This document shows positions 17,312 through 25,745 of a DNA stretch of 32,000 nt, in pieces. The notes under the pieces were generated by a model that was not told the origin of the DNA, searched no databases, and saw only the letters and a program-made list of their open reading frames with translations. The DNA is taken from NCBI GenBank assembly GCA_958295985.1, contig OY282432.1:1827282-1859281 (forward strand), given 5' to 3'. Source of the stretch: an uncultured Candidatus Binatia bacterium. Lineage in GTDB: Bacteria > Desulfobacterota > Binatia > UBA9968 > JAJDTQ01. How positions within the stretch are numbered: position 1 is the stretch's first letter; every line of letters begins with the position of its first letter. The translations under genes were made by a program, and so were the position numbers.

Positions 17312-17857
17312 TCAACCCCAGAACAGCCGGAGAAGCGGGGGGTCGTGCCACGTGGCGTTCAGGAACCGGTCGTAGACCAGCACGATCAGGGCCAGGAACA
17401 GGAGCCCCAGGATCGTGGACCAGATCCACCCGGCGCGGCCGTAGACGAGCACGTAGAAGAAGACTCCCAGCGGAATGGCGATGTGGAATCCCACCAGCCA
17501 GACCGCGGCGTAGAGGCCCAGGATGTAGCAACAGATGCGGGCGAAGCGCATTCTCTCGCCCTTGGGATCGGCGCCGGTGCGGAAGCCGAGGTCCATGATC
17601 TGCTCGGATGCGGTCGCCCGGGTGCTGCGCACCAGGGCGATCAGACGCAAGACCCAGAACGGCGTCCCCAACCCTATGGCGATGCGGGGCATGAGGGCCG
17701 AGCCCTCGGGCCAGGAGAAGGACTCGATGAGCATGTAGACGAAGAGCCCGCCGACGATGGCCAGCAGGATGATCTCCCCCAACACCTCGACGGAGAAGCC
17801 GCGTGGGGCCGTCCCCGCCGGGTCCTTGCCTGCGTTCATGTCCTTGCTCCCATCCAT
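17312..17857 (-). CDS. tctB: TctB-like small membrane subunit
   Basis: 181 aa with 4 predicted hydrophobic helices. ATG at 17857 overlaps the tctA stop (TGATG). An alternative start is ATG 17839. The rest of the 440-aa track ORF is out-of-frame overlap with tctA. Confidence 0.65.
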   Translation of the reverse strand: MDGSKDMNAGKDPAGTAPRGFSVEVLGEIILLAIVGGLFVYMLIESFSWPEGSALMPRIAIGLGTPFWVLRLIALVRSTRATASEQIMDLGFRTGADPKGERMRFARICCYILGLYAAVWLVGFHIAIPLGVFFYVLVYGRAGWIWSTILGLLFLALIVLVYDRFLNATWHDPPLLRLFWG

Positions 17858-19392
17858 CAGACCTGATCCAGTCCCGGCTCCTGCCCTTCTCCGGTGGACT
17901 CCTCCGCGGCCCGCTTGGCCCCCTGTTGCATCCGCAGGCTCACCACCATGACCAGGATCATCACCACGATGATGGACAGGAACTGCGGGCGCGCGAACAT
18001 GGACCAGCCGTAGCTGTTGGCCGAGAGCCAGAGGTACTTCTCCACGATATCCGCCAGCACCACCGCGATCAAGATCGGCGGGCGCGGCCAGCCGTAGCGC
18101 TTCATGAAGAGGCCCAGGACGCCGAAAGCCAAGACCAGGCCCAGGTCCTCCATGGAGTAGGTGGCCTGGTAGGCGGCCAGCGTCACCAGGGCGATGATAA
18201 TGGGTGCGAGGATGTTGGGCGAGATGGCGGCGATGCGGGTCATGTAGGGCGCGAAATAGAGCATGATGGGCACGACGATCACGTTCCCCAACACGATCGT
18301 GTAGACCAGGCTGATGGTGAGCTCCAGGTGCTGGGTCAGCATCGCCGGCCCCGGCTGGACCCCCGACAGCACCAGGATTGCCAGCAGGATGGCCATGCCG
18401 CCGCTGCCCGGTATGCCGAACACCACCGTGGGGATCAGCACGCCACCGTCCACCGAATTGTTGGCCGAGTCCGCGGCGATGACTCCGCGCACGTCGCCCT
18501 TGCCGAAGGTCTCCATCGCGCCCTTCTCCGTATGGCGCGCCTGGGCGTAGGCGATCCAGTGCGCCCCGGAAGAGCCGATGCCGGGCATCATCCCCACGAA
18601 GGTGCCGATGAGCGACGAGCGCGTCAGCAGCCATTTGTTGTTGAGGGCCTCGCGCATGCCCTTGTACACGTCCCGGTTCGCCTCCTTCAGCATGGTCTCG
18701 AGACGTTCACGGGCGATGGGGGTGTTGGACACCACCAGATCCACCACCTCGGGCAGGGCGAACAGGCCGATGACCACCGGGGCCAGCGGTATCCCGTCCC
18801 AGAGGTAGTCGATGCCGAAGGTAGAGCGGGTGTTGCCGCCGATGACGGAGAAACCGATCATGGAGATGGCGAGGCCGAAGCAGGCCGTGAGCATGCCCTT
18901 GACGAACGCTCCCGAACTGACGATGGCCACGCACATGAGTCCCAAGAGCGCCAGCAGGAAGAACTCGGAGGCGCCGAAGAGCCTCAGCAACTCACGGGAG
19001 ATGGGCAGCGCCAGCAGCAACGCCAGTGCGCCGATGATGCCGCCCACCAGCGTACACATGTAGCTGGCGCCCAGGGCCACGCCCGCCAGTCCCTTGCGGG
19101 CCATGGGATAGCCGTCGAGGATCGTCGCCTGGGCCGAGCGCGCCCCGGGAATGCCCATCAGAATGGAGGGGACCGGCTCCGTGATGTCGCTGGCCGCCAG
19201 GAAGAAGACCACGGCGGTGACCGTGATCCACGGGTCTACGTACCCGGCGAACCCCAGCAAGACCACCGCGATGGGCAGATTCCCCCCGGGCATCAGGCCC
19301 GAGATCAGCGCGACCGGCAGTATCACCAGTATCGCCAGCAGCGGCCCGAGGGAAAAGAGCTTTTCCGCCGCGCCTATGGCAGCTTCCCACAT
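17857..19392 (-). CDS. tctA: TctA-family large permease subunit
   Basis: Trimmed to the ATG at 19392 (MWEAAIGAAEKLF...), preceded by GAGGA. 511 aa and polytopic. Motifs GLMPGG, GIPGARSAQATILDGYPMA and MMPGIGSSGAHWIAYA are typical of TctA. Confidence 0.9.
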   Translation of the reverse strand: MWEAAIGAAEKLFSLGPLLAILVILPVALISGLMPGGNLPIAVVLLGFAGYVDPWITVTAVVFFLAASDITEPVPSILMGIPGARSAQATILDGYPMARKGLAGVALGASYMCTLVGGIIGALALLLALPISRELLRLFGASEFFLLALLGLMCVAIVSSGAFVKGMLTACFGLAISMIGFSVIGGNTRSTFGIDYLWDGIPLAPVVIGLFALPEVVDLVVSNTPIARERLETMLKEANRDVYKGMREALNNKWLLTRSSLIGTFVGMMPGIGSSGAHWIAYAQARHTEKGAMETFGKGDVRGVIAADSANNSVDGGVLIPTVVFGIPGSGGMAILLAILVLSGVQPGPAMLTQHLELTISLVYTIVLGNVIVVPIMLYFAPYMTRIAAISPNILAPIIIALVTLAAYQATYSMEDLGLVLAFGVLGLFMKRYGWPRPPILIAVVLADIVEKYLWLSANSYGWSMFARPQFLSIIVVMILVMVVSLRMQQGAKRAAEESTGEGQEPGLDQV

Positions 19393-19655
19393 GTGATCCT
19401 CATGAATCCTCGTTCCCCGCGGCCTGGGAACGATCCTCGTTCCGGTAGCCTTGGAATGCGAAGTGCTGACTTGCCATGACCGGTGTGCCGTGTCAACTCG
19501 CGGAGCGGGGGCCGGCCTTACGGAGTCCGGAGTTCGCAGCACGTCTCGGCGCAGGTCCGGGCGAGGAAAGGGCCGCCGCCCGATCCAAGGTTCGCGGCGT
19601 CACCGCGTCCGGTCCAGTGCTCGCTTTTTCCCTTGATCCGGGATAGGCCCCGAAA

Positions 19656-19701
19656 CATTGACTGGCACATTGACTGGCACGGACCATTGATTGGCACGGA
19701 C
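19656..19701. promoter_or_regulatory. three direct repeats of cattgaYtggca(c) in the tctA/eamA divergent intergenic region; candidate operator
   Basis: The sequence reads cattgactggca|cattgactggca|cggac|cattgattggca|cggac. It lies 50 nt upstream of the EamA start and 264 nt upstream of the tctA start. Confidence 0.5.
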
Positions 19702-19750
19702 GCCGCGCCGTTGCACGGATGCGCGCCCGCCCGCTGCCCCTGGCAAAGAG

Positions 19751-20620
19751 ATGTCCATCGAGCTGCTTGCCCTCCTGACCGCGTTCTCCTACGCCGCGTC
19801 GAACATCGCGGCCCGGTGGGGACTGCGGTATTCGACACCCAACACCGCGGTGCTGTTTTCGCTGTCCATGCACGCCCTCGGGCTGTCCTCCATCGTCCTG
19901 TTCACCGAAGGCGTTCCCGCGGTTCCCCGTGCGGCGCTCTATCTGGTGGTCGTCACCGGCGTGCTGCAGACGCTGCTGCGTTCCTGCCACTACCTGGCCA
20001 TCTCCACGGTGGGCGTATCCCGGGCCGTCACGCTGCGCAATACGCACCCCATGCTCACCGTTCTGATCGGGGTCACGGTGCTGGGAGAGCAGACCAATGC
20101 CTTCAATCTCGCAGGCGTGGGGCTGATCGTCGGGGGCACGGTTCTCACCTCGTGGAGGATGGACGACCAGATCCCCGACTTTCGGCCCTGGTATCTCCTG
20201 CTGCCGGTGGCAACCTCGGTCATCACCTCCACGGTGCATCCCGTCAGACGGTACGCCATGATCCTGGCCGGCGAGCCGTTCTTCTTCGCGGCGCTGGTTG
20301 GGGTGGTCTCGTTGAGTTGTTTCACGGCTTATCTGGCGCTGCCGCTGCCGCGGGACCCCCTCGTCTGGCATCGAAAGGCGTTGTTGCCGTTCGCCATCTC
20401 GGGAGGGTGCGAGACCGCGGCCATCCTGCTGCTGTTCCACGCACTGGCGTCCGGTCCGGTGGTGGTCGTGTCTCCCATTACCGCCACTTCCCCGGTATGG
20501 ACCGTGCTCCTGGCCAGCATCCTGCTGCGCCGCATCGAACACGTCACCCCGGCCGTGATCTTCGGCACGCTGCTGGTGGTCGCCGGCGCCGTCTGCGTCA
20601 GCCTGGGCCGGTACTGGTAA
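19751..20620 (+). CDS. EamA/DMT-family transporter
   Basis: Trimmed to the ATG at 19751 (MSIELLALLTAFSYAASNIAARWGL...). 289 aa with about 10 hydrophobic helices and a two-halves architecture. Confidence 0.8.
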   Translation: MSIELLALLTAFSYAASNIAARWGLRYSTPNTAVLFSLSMHALGLSSIVLFTEGVPAVPRAALYLVVVTGVLQTLLRSCHYLAISTVGVSRAVTLRNTHPMLTVLIGVTVLGEQTNAFNLAGVGLIVGGTVLTSWRMDDQIPDFRPWYLLLPVATSVITSTVHPVRRYAMILAGEPFFFAALVGVVSLSCFTAYLALPLPRDPLVWHRKALLPFAISGGCETAAILLLFHALASGPVVVVSPITATSPVWTVLLASILLRRIEHVTPAVIFGTLLVVAGAVCVSLGRYW

Positions 20621-20638
20621 GACCTGAAGAAGCGTCGC

Positions 20639-21298
20639 TCACCTCGCTGCCAAGTGTCCGGTCTTTACGTAGAAGGTGCAGCCCGCGCGGGTGCGCGGCG
20701 CATGTGCGCTGCCGGGAGGGCTCCGCAGCCACGTGCCCTTGGGGTAGACGCCGTGGCCGTCCTCGAGCACGCCTTCGAGCACCCAGATCTCCTCGCCTTC
20801 GGGATGATCGTGCGGTTCCAGGCGCGTCCCCGGCTCGAGCTTCATGAGCGAGACGGATTCCCTTCCCGCGTGGTGGAGCGGCATGACCAGCAGACCCCGT
20901 TCGCTCGCCGGGGACCACGGCGCGGAGGCGGTATCGATGCGTACGAACCCACGGTCCTCCGCTTCCATCTGACGGAGTTTCACGAACAGGGTGCAGCCGC
21001 CGCGGCTGCGGGGCCGGTGCCGGGAACCCGGAGGGTTCCTCACGTAGGTCCCCGCCGGGTAGTCCCCGTGTTCGTCGGAGAATACGCCTTCAAGCACCAG
21101 GAACTCCTCGCCGAGCCCGTGGGAGTGCTCCGCAAAGCGGCTGCCCGGGGCATAGCAGACGATGCTGGTGGCGCGCGCCACCTCGTCGCCGTCCCGCTCC
21201 AGCATGCGCCGCCGGACCCCGGGCAGCGGCGAGTCCGTCCAGGGCGTCTCCTCGGTGGCGATGACCACACGCCGGGTGATGTCGGTGTTCAAGAGCAT
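20639..21298 (-). CDS. ChrR-type bicupin protein (two cupin_7-like domains, no anti-sigma N-domain)
   Basis: 219 aa with an internal duplication: ..RFAEHSHGLGEEFLVLEGVFSDEHGDYPAGTYVRNPPGSRHRP versus ..RLEPHDHPEGEEIWVLEGVLEDGHGVYPKGTWLRSPPGSAHAP. Confidence 0.8.
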   Translation of the reverse strand: MLLNTDITRRVVIATEETPWTDSPLPGVRRRMLERDGDEVARATSIVCYAPGSRFAEHSHGLGEEFLVLEGVFSDEHGDYPAGTYVRNPPGSRHRPRSRGGCTLFVKLRQMEAEDRGFVRIDTASAPWSPASERGLLVMPLHHAGRESVSLMKLEPGTRLEPHDHPEGEEIWVLEGVLEDGHGVYPKGTWLRSPPGSAHAPRTRAGCTFYVKTGHLAAR

Positions 21299-21326
21299 GC
21301 CGGCGGCCTTCCACGATACCGGTCAC

Positions 21327-21356
21327 TTGTTGACCTGTCCGTCCGGGTCCTATAAT
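21327..21356 (+). promoter_or_regulatory. sigma70-like promoter candidate for the dehydrogenase gene
   Basis: Perfect -10 TATAAT (21351-21356). -35 is TTGACC (21330-21335, 15-nt spacer) or TTGTTG (21327-21332, 18-nt spacer). It lies about 70 nt upstream of ATG 21425. Confidence 0.4.
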
Positions 21357-21424
21357 TTTTCCTCGCTCAATACAATTTCCGGCAGGGTCCACGCGCGCAA
21401 GCGTGACGAGACGGGAGGAATCCG

Positions 21425-22492
21425 ATGGCCAAAGCCAAGGTGTTCATATTCGCCCCCAACGACGAGAGCGGCGAGTCTCACAAGAAGCTCGAGGATAACG
21501 GCTGCGAGCTGGTGCTGGGCAAGGCGGGCTGGCATACCCCGCAGGGCGACAACGAGGGCGAGATGTCCGCCATGGCCCAGGGAGTCCAGGCCCTGGTGGG
21601 GACGTCCATCCGCAGCTCTCCCATCAGCAAGGAGATCATGCAGAGCTCCAAGGATCTCCGGGTGGTGGCCAAGTACACCATCGGCGTGGACGACGTGGAC
21701 GTGGAGGCGGCGACGGAGATGGGGGTCATGGTCTGCCACGCGCCGACGGAATCCAACTGGGGCGGGGTGGCCGAGGGCGCCATCACCGGCATGCTGACCA
21801 TGCTCAAGCGCGTGCGCGAACGCGACCGCTACCTGAAATCGGGCGGTGAGTGGCGTGACCTGAGCCTCCAGGGAACCTACGTTGGGTCCCGTGAAATGGA
21901 CGGCTATCCCGGCATCGTCCTCGGCATCATCGGGCTGGGGCGCATCGGCACCCGCATCGCCAAGCTCATGAAGCCCTGGGGCATGAGGATGATCGCGTGC
22001 GACCCTTACCTGCCGGACGAGAAGTTCGAGGAAGCCGGTGTGGAACGGGTGGACCTGCCGACGCTTCTGCGGGAGTCCGACGTGGTGACCCTCCACGTGG
22101 TCCTCACCAAGGAGACCCGCCACATGATGGGGAAAGAGCAGTTCGCGCAGATGAAGAAGAGCGCCATCTTCATCAACACTTCCCGCGGCTACTGCGTCGA
22201 CGAGCCCGACCTGGCCGAGGCGCTGGGAAACGACGTGATCTCCGGCGCCGTCCTCGACGTCTTCGAGGACGAGCCCCTGTCCATGGAAAGCCCGCTCCGG
22301 AAGCTCGGCGACAAGGTGATCCTCTCCGCCCACATGGTGTCCTCCAACAAGGGGAGCGGGCTTCACCCCGGAGTGGTCTGGGCCACGCAATCCGTCCTGA
22401 CCGCGCTGCGCGGCGAAGTCCCCGACAACGTCTACAACAAGGAGGTCATCGAGCAGTGGAAGAGCCGCTTCGGCGGCAAGAGCCTTCTGTGA
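21425..22492 (+). CDS. D-isomer-specific 2-hydroxyacid dehydrogenase family protein
   Basis: 355 aa with GGGAGGA RBS. NAD-binding motif GIIGLGRIGTRIA is present. INTSRG...D and the catalytic-region motif SAHMVS fit the family. Confidence 0.9.
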   Translation: MAKAKVFIFAPNDESGESHKKLEDNGCELVLGKAGWHTPQGDNEGEMSAMAQGVQALVGTSIRSSPISKEIMQSSKDLRVVAKYTIGVDDVDVEAATEMGVMVCHAPTESNWGGVAEGAITGMLTMLKRVRERDRYLKSGGEWRDLSLQGTYVGSREMDGYPGIVLGIIGLGRIGTRIAKLMKPWGMRMIACDPYLPDEKFEEAGVERVDLPTLLRESDVVTLHVVLTKETRHMMGKEQFAQMKKSAIFINTSRGYCVDEPDLAEALGNDVISGAVLDVFEDEPLSMESPLRKLGDKVILSAHMVSSNKGSGLHPGVVWATQSVLTALRGEVPDNVYNKEVIEQWKSRFGGKSLL

Positions 22493-22598
22493 GGACTGCG
22501 CTGATCCTTCACCGGTTTCGGGAGACGCTTCACCGCGGGGCATGGAGACAAGCGTCCAGGATCCCGAAAACCTCGCCGAGCACGGATCCGGACGGTCT

Positions 22599-23012
22599 TT
22601 ATCGGCATGTTCGAAAATTCAGATAATCCGCTGGCGTCAAGATAGGAACGTCGTGAAACGAAGACATGTCCAGGAGGTCCCGATCCCCCGTGATCAGACA
22701 ATCCGCTTCACCCATCAGCGCTGTCTCAAGCAGCTTGTCGTCATCCGGGTCGCGGCAGCCCAGCTTGGCGCCAGCTATTGGCACCCATTCCGCGACCGCC
22801 TCGAGTTGGGCGAGGTAAACCGCTCTGCCTTCTCGGCCAACATAGCCGTCGAACTTCGGGCGATGGAAACGACTCCGAAGCTCGTTGAAGGTTTCGTCGG
22901 AGAACAGCAGCACCCCGTTCTCCGCCCGTAACGCATCCACGATTGCACGCGGCGGCCCTTGAGGTCGAAGGGCTGCGCTTATCAGAACGTTGGTGTCCAA
23001 ACTAGTAATCAC
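22599..23012 (-). CDS. PIN-domain toxin-like protein (TIGR00305/PIN_3 type), no adjacent antitoxin
   Basis: 137 aa. GTG start immediately after an in-frame TGA. Motifs LDTNVLISAAL, CRDPDDDKLLETAL and CLITGDRDLL are present. Confidence 0.8.
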   Translation of the reverse strand: MITSLDTNVLISAALRPQGPPRAIVDALRAENGVLLFSDETFNELRSRFHRPKFDGYVGREGRAVYLAQLEAVAEWVPIAGAKLGCRDPDDDKLLETALMGEADCLITGDRDLLDMSSFHDVPILTPADYLNFRTCR

Positions 23013-23163
23013 TGTATCTCATGACTCCGCCTCATACACGCGGGGCGGCGCAGATACGTCATAAACTGTTGTATTCCTGCTAGTTATATTCCAATCCTGA
23101 GCCGTCGTAGGGCTTGCATCACCGCCACCGATGCGCTTTAATCCACTCTGATTTGACCCCAGT

Positions 23164-23185
23164 CGCTTTCGATACGCTTACGGTG
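23164..23185. repeat. left copy of a 22-bp direct repeat (candidate attL)
   Basis: cgctttcgatacgcttacggtg matches 25674-25695 at 21/22 positions (16-nt perfect core cgatacgcttacggtg). It lies 49 nt upstream of the integrase-fragment start. Confidence 0.6.
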
Positions 23186-23233
23186 TGCACTTCCGATGCA
23201 GCCCGTAGGCTTCTCGTCTCAGGAGGCAGTGAC

Positions 23234-23980
23234 GTGGCCAGACCCGAGTACCTTAGCCTCTCGAAACGCATTATCGACCGTCTCTCCGTCGATGACAAGG
23301 ACGCCGTGTTCTGGGACCGCGACCTTCCCGGATTCGGCATCCGGGTCTACCCTTCGGGCGCCAAGGTCTACGTCGTGCAGACTCGCGTCTTTGGCCGCTC
23401 CAAGCGCGTCACCGTGGGCCGCCACGGCGAGCTTTCCACCGACCAGGCTCGCAAGGAAGCCGCCCAGATCATCGCCCGCATCAAGGCGGGCGAGTCTGCA
23501 CCCTTGACACCCGCTCGCCGCACAAATCCGGCGATGCAGATCGTCGGCTTCTGCCGTTTCGAGGACCGCGATCCGTTTCCAAGTGAGGGCCTGAGGTTGC
23601 GACGGGAGTTCGGACGCATCATCGGTGACGAACTGCCGGTCCCGCGCGTAGTTGGTCGGCCTGGGACCACGACTACTTTCGAATCGTGGCAGTCTGGAAT
23701 TGCCACCCATCCACATGGAGGGCATGTACCTAGTCACGAAAACCTTCGGTGTCTGGACCGGAAGGAACGCTGTGCGGTGTTTCGGAGGCCAGGGGCTTCG
23801 ACCAAAAAAGCGCCCCGTCTCGGCACCCGTTTCCGCAAGGGCTGCAACGCATCCAAGTGGAAGTACAGAAACGTGCCGATCGGGGCGAAGGTCGAAGGAC
23901 AACAGCCCCCATGGATGAAATCCGCGCACAAAGAACAGATGCCCGCCAGCGGGCCGTTCTGGCACTGCGACAGGCACTAA
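23234..23980 (+). pseudogene. tyrosine integrase remnant: only the N-terminal arm-binding (DUF4102-like) domain is recognisable
   Basis: GTG at 23234 with AGGAGG 7 nt upstream. DKDAVFWDRDLPGFGIRVYPSGAKVYVVQTRVFGRSKRVTVGRHGELSTDQARKEAAQIIARIKAGE is a P4-type integrase N-domain. After about codon 95 the ORF loses all integrase character, and no catalytic R..HxxR..Y region exists in any frame nearby. Confidence 0.65.
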
Positions 23981-24156
23981 AGGTCGCCAGCCCCGGGATC
24001 ACGAAGGAGCGGCGGGCACTCTCGAACGCTCGGACCTTGTGGCCGCGTTCGGCGCGACTCGACAATAGGAGGGCTCGGTCGCCGAGCATCGGCTGTTCGA
24101 CTGGCTGGAAGCGGGCATCTGCTCCGATCACCAACTCATGGTTAAGGTTTGCTGTG

Positions 24157-24831
24157 ATGACGTTCCGAAGGGAGATCTGCAAACTCTGGCACAATAGCGT
24201 CCAGATCGAACGTGAGGTCATATTCGGCCCTCACGACGCCAAATACCGACCGCTCCACTTGGCAGATGACGCAAACACCATGTTCGCGGGATTTGTCGGT
24301 CGCCGTTACAGGACCGGTGCCGGCATTCTCTTGCTCGCCATAAATCCTGGTGGCGGCGGAGATGCATACCGCTCACGAACTGGGGAAGACGAGCATTTCT
24401 ATCCGCTGTTGAGGGCCTTCAAGCGTGCTACGCCGGAGCACGCTCTGGAAGCCTTCGAACGTGTAAACGAAACCTTTGCAGAGATTGTCAGGCGCTGGAA
24501 CGTCTGGAAGATCATCGAGCCAACTCTTGAAGCCGCGGGTAAAGCGCTGGATGAGGCGGCTTACATGAATCTGGTTCCCTATCGAACGCGAGCCGACAAG
24601 ATGCCCCCGGTAGCGGCCCGAAGAACGGCCGTGAAGAGGTTTGTCGAACCGACCATCGACCTCCTTGTCCCCCGGGCAATCGTCGCCTTGGGGAAGAAGG
24701 CAGGGAAGATACAGGAATGTACCTCGCGACCGGATGTACCCATATACTGTGTTCGACGCACTAGGGGCGACACCGATGTCCATGCCGACGCAGTGCAGAT
24801 TCTCGCCGAGATCCGGCGCGCGCTCACTTGA
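24157..24831 (+). CDS. hypothetical protein, possible uracil-DNA-glycosylase-superfamily fold
   Basis: This is the C-terminal 224 aa of the 360-aa track ORF, from MTFRREICKLWHN. AGILLLAINPGGGGD resembles the G(I/M)NPG motif of MUG/SMUG-type UDGs. NLVPYRT and IVALGKKAG resemble later superfamily blocks. The start is uncertain (ATG 23911 is possible). Confidence 0.5.
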   Translation: MTFRREICKLWHNSVQIEREVIFGPHDAKYRPLHLADDANTMFAGFVGRRYRTGAGILLLAINPGGGGDAYRSRTGEDEHFYPLLRAFKRATPEHALEAFERVNETFAEIVRRWNVWKIIEPTLEAAGKALDEAAYMNLVPYRTRADKMPPVAARRTAVKRFVEPTIDLLVPRAIVALGKKAGKIQECTSRPDVPIYCVRRTRGDTDVHADAVQILAEIRRALT

Positions 24832-24887
24832 TTTTCAAGAGACTGGTACTCGGGCAACCGCGTCTTTACACGTAACCTCTCGGTCGA

Positions 24888-25497
24888 CTATCGTCCCTCG
24901 GCGATCAACAGGTAGCCACGGTTCTCGACACTATCGAAGGTGCGCATGGCCTTGATCAGATCGGCTGCGCTCACCCACATCCACGGAGCCCGATTCGGGT
25001 TCACGTCCATGATCAAAAAGGAATCGCTCGCCTCATCATAGGCTCCGAGGGGGAGCTGTGCCCGCCGCCTTTCTGACTCAGCGTCTTGCGGTGGTAGTTC
25101 ACCAGCACGTAGTCACCCGGGCCGGCCAGGTTCTTCGCCAGCTCGCGTTTGATCACCTCGTCGTGCATCTCCTGATCGACCACGCGGATCCTCACGTCGA
25201 GCTCGTGGGCACTCAGGGCCTGGGGCAGTTGCCGGAGTTGCAGGCCAAAGTCCTTCTTCATGGCCCCCTGGATCTCGATGGGCTTGCCCAGCACTTCGAT
25301 CTTGGTCTTGGTCTGGTCGGTGAGGACGTTGTTCGGCGTGTACTTTCCGAGGAAGGGGTTGAACCCCTTTAGGAGCCAGGCCCGTTCATCCTCCGCGATG
25401 GAGTAGGTGTCCTGGGGGAGCCCCTTCTTCTTGCCCAGGCTCAGCGCGTTCAAGACGATGGCCGAGGAGACAGGCCCGCAGAAGATCTTGTTGACCC
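24888..25497 (-). pseudogene. phytochelatin-synthase-like (papain-fold gamma-glutamylcysteine transpeptidase) gene, 5'-truncated and frameshifted
   Basis: In-frame RVNKIFCGPVSSAIVLNALS contains the catalytic-Cys motif. YVLVNYHRKTLSQKGGGH is followed, after a shift at the C5 run 25049-25053, by GAYDEASDSFLIMDVNPNRAPWMWVSAADLIKAMRTFDSVENRGYLLI in another frame. An in-frame TGA lies directly upstream at about 25498-25500. Confidence 0.7.
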
Positions 25498-25526
25498 GTC
25501 AACATCAGCAGCGGGTCACCGCCGGG

Positions 25527-25598
25527 TACACCGCGGAGAACCTGGCGTCGATGCACTGGATCGATGAGCTGTTTCTGAAGTACCCCATCGCAGAGTGA
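25527..25598 (+). mobile_element. IS3-family transposase (OrfB N-terminal) fragment
   Basis: YTAENLASMHWIDELFLKYPIAE* resembles the conserved IS3 OrfB block (..ENLALMRRIDELHLE(Y/F)PFYG..). No further transposase sequence is found in any frame. Confidence 0.4.
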
Positions 25599-25673
25599 AC
25601 TGGTCAGGCAAAGTCGTGAAGGCGAAGGAATTGGACGAGCACGCGCTGATTGACGCCGTTGTTGTAGTCAAAC

Positions 25674-25695
25674 CGCTTGCGATACGCTTACGGTG
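25674..25695. repeat. right copy of the 22-bp direct repeat (candidate attR)
   Basis: cgcttgcgatacgcttacggtg matches 23164-23185 at 21/22 positions. It lies 50 nt beyond the premature stop of the vapC remnant. Confidence 0.6.
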
Positions 25696-25745
25696 ATTGC
25701 GGTCGATTGAAGAAAGGAGAGCAACTTCAAGGTGTTACGTAGGCT

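Noticed and set aside
19661-19701. The TGGCAC cores in the direct repeats might be a sigma54 -24/-12 promoter (TGGCAC-N5-TTGC).
   Set aside because: What follows each TGGCAC is attgaCTGG or ggaccATTGA. The -12 TTGC element is missing or one nucleotide out of register, so the consensus spacing is not met.
7290-22543. Other large shadow ORFs: 7290-8249(-), 9351-10406(+), 10443-11294(+), 11530-12486(-), 12536-13723(-), 13910-15172(+), 17803-19479(+), 19483-20847(+), 19493-20542(-), 20654-21355(+) and 21350-22543(-). The later 29376-30887(-) belongs to the same class.
   Set aside because: Each lies antisense or out of frame to a gene with clear family motifs. None has an RBS or family signature, and their composition is arginine/glycine/proline-biased.
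25498-25560. Extension of the PCS-like gene further upstream through a second frameshift at the ggg run (reading ..GGDPLLMLT then VNKIFCG).
   Set aside because: The similarity to PCS N-terminal sequence is weak and one to two residues out of register. The opposite strand gives a much better match to an IS3 transposase block.
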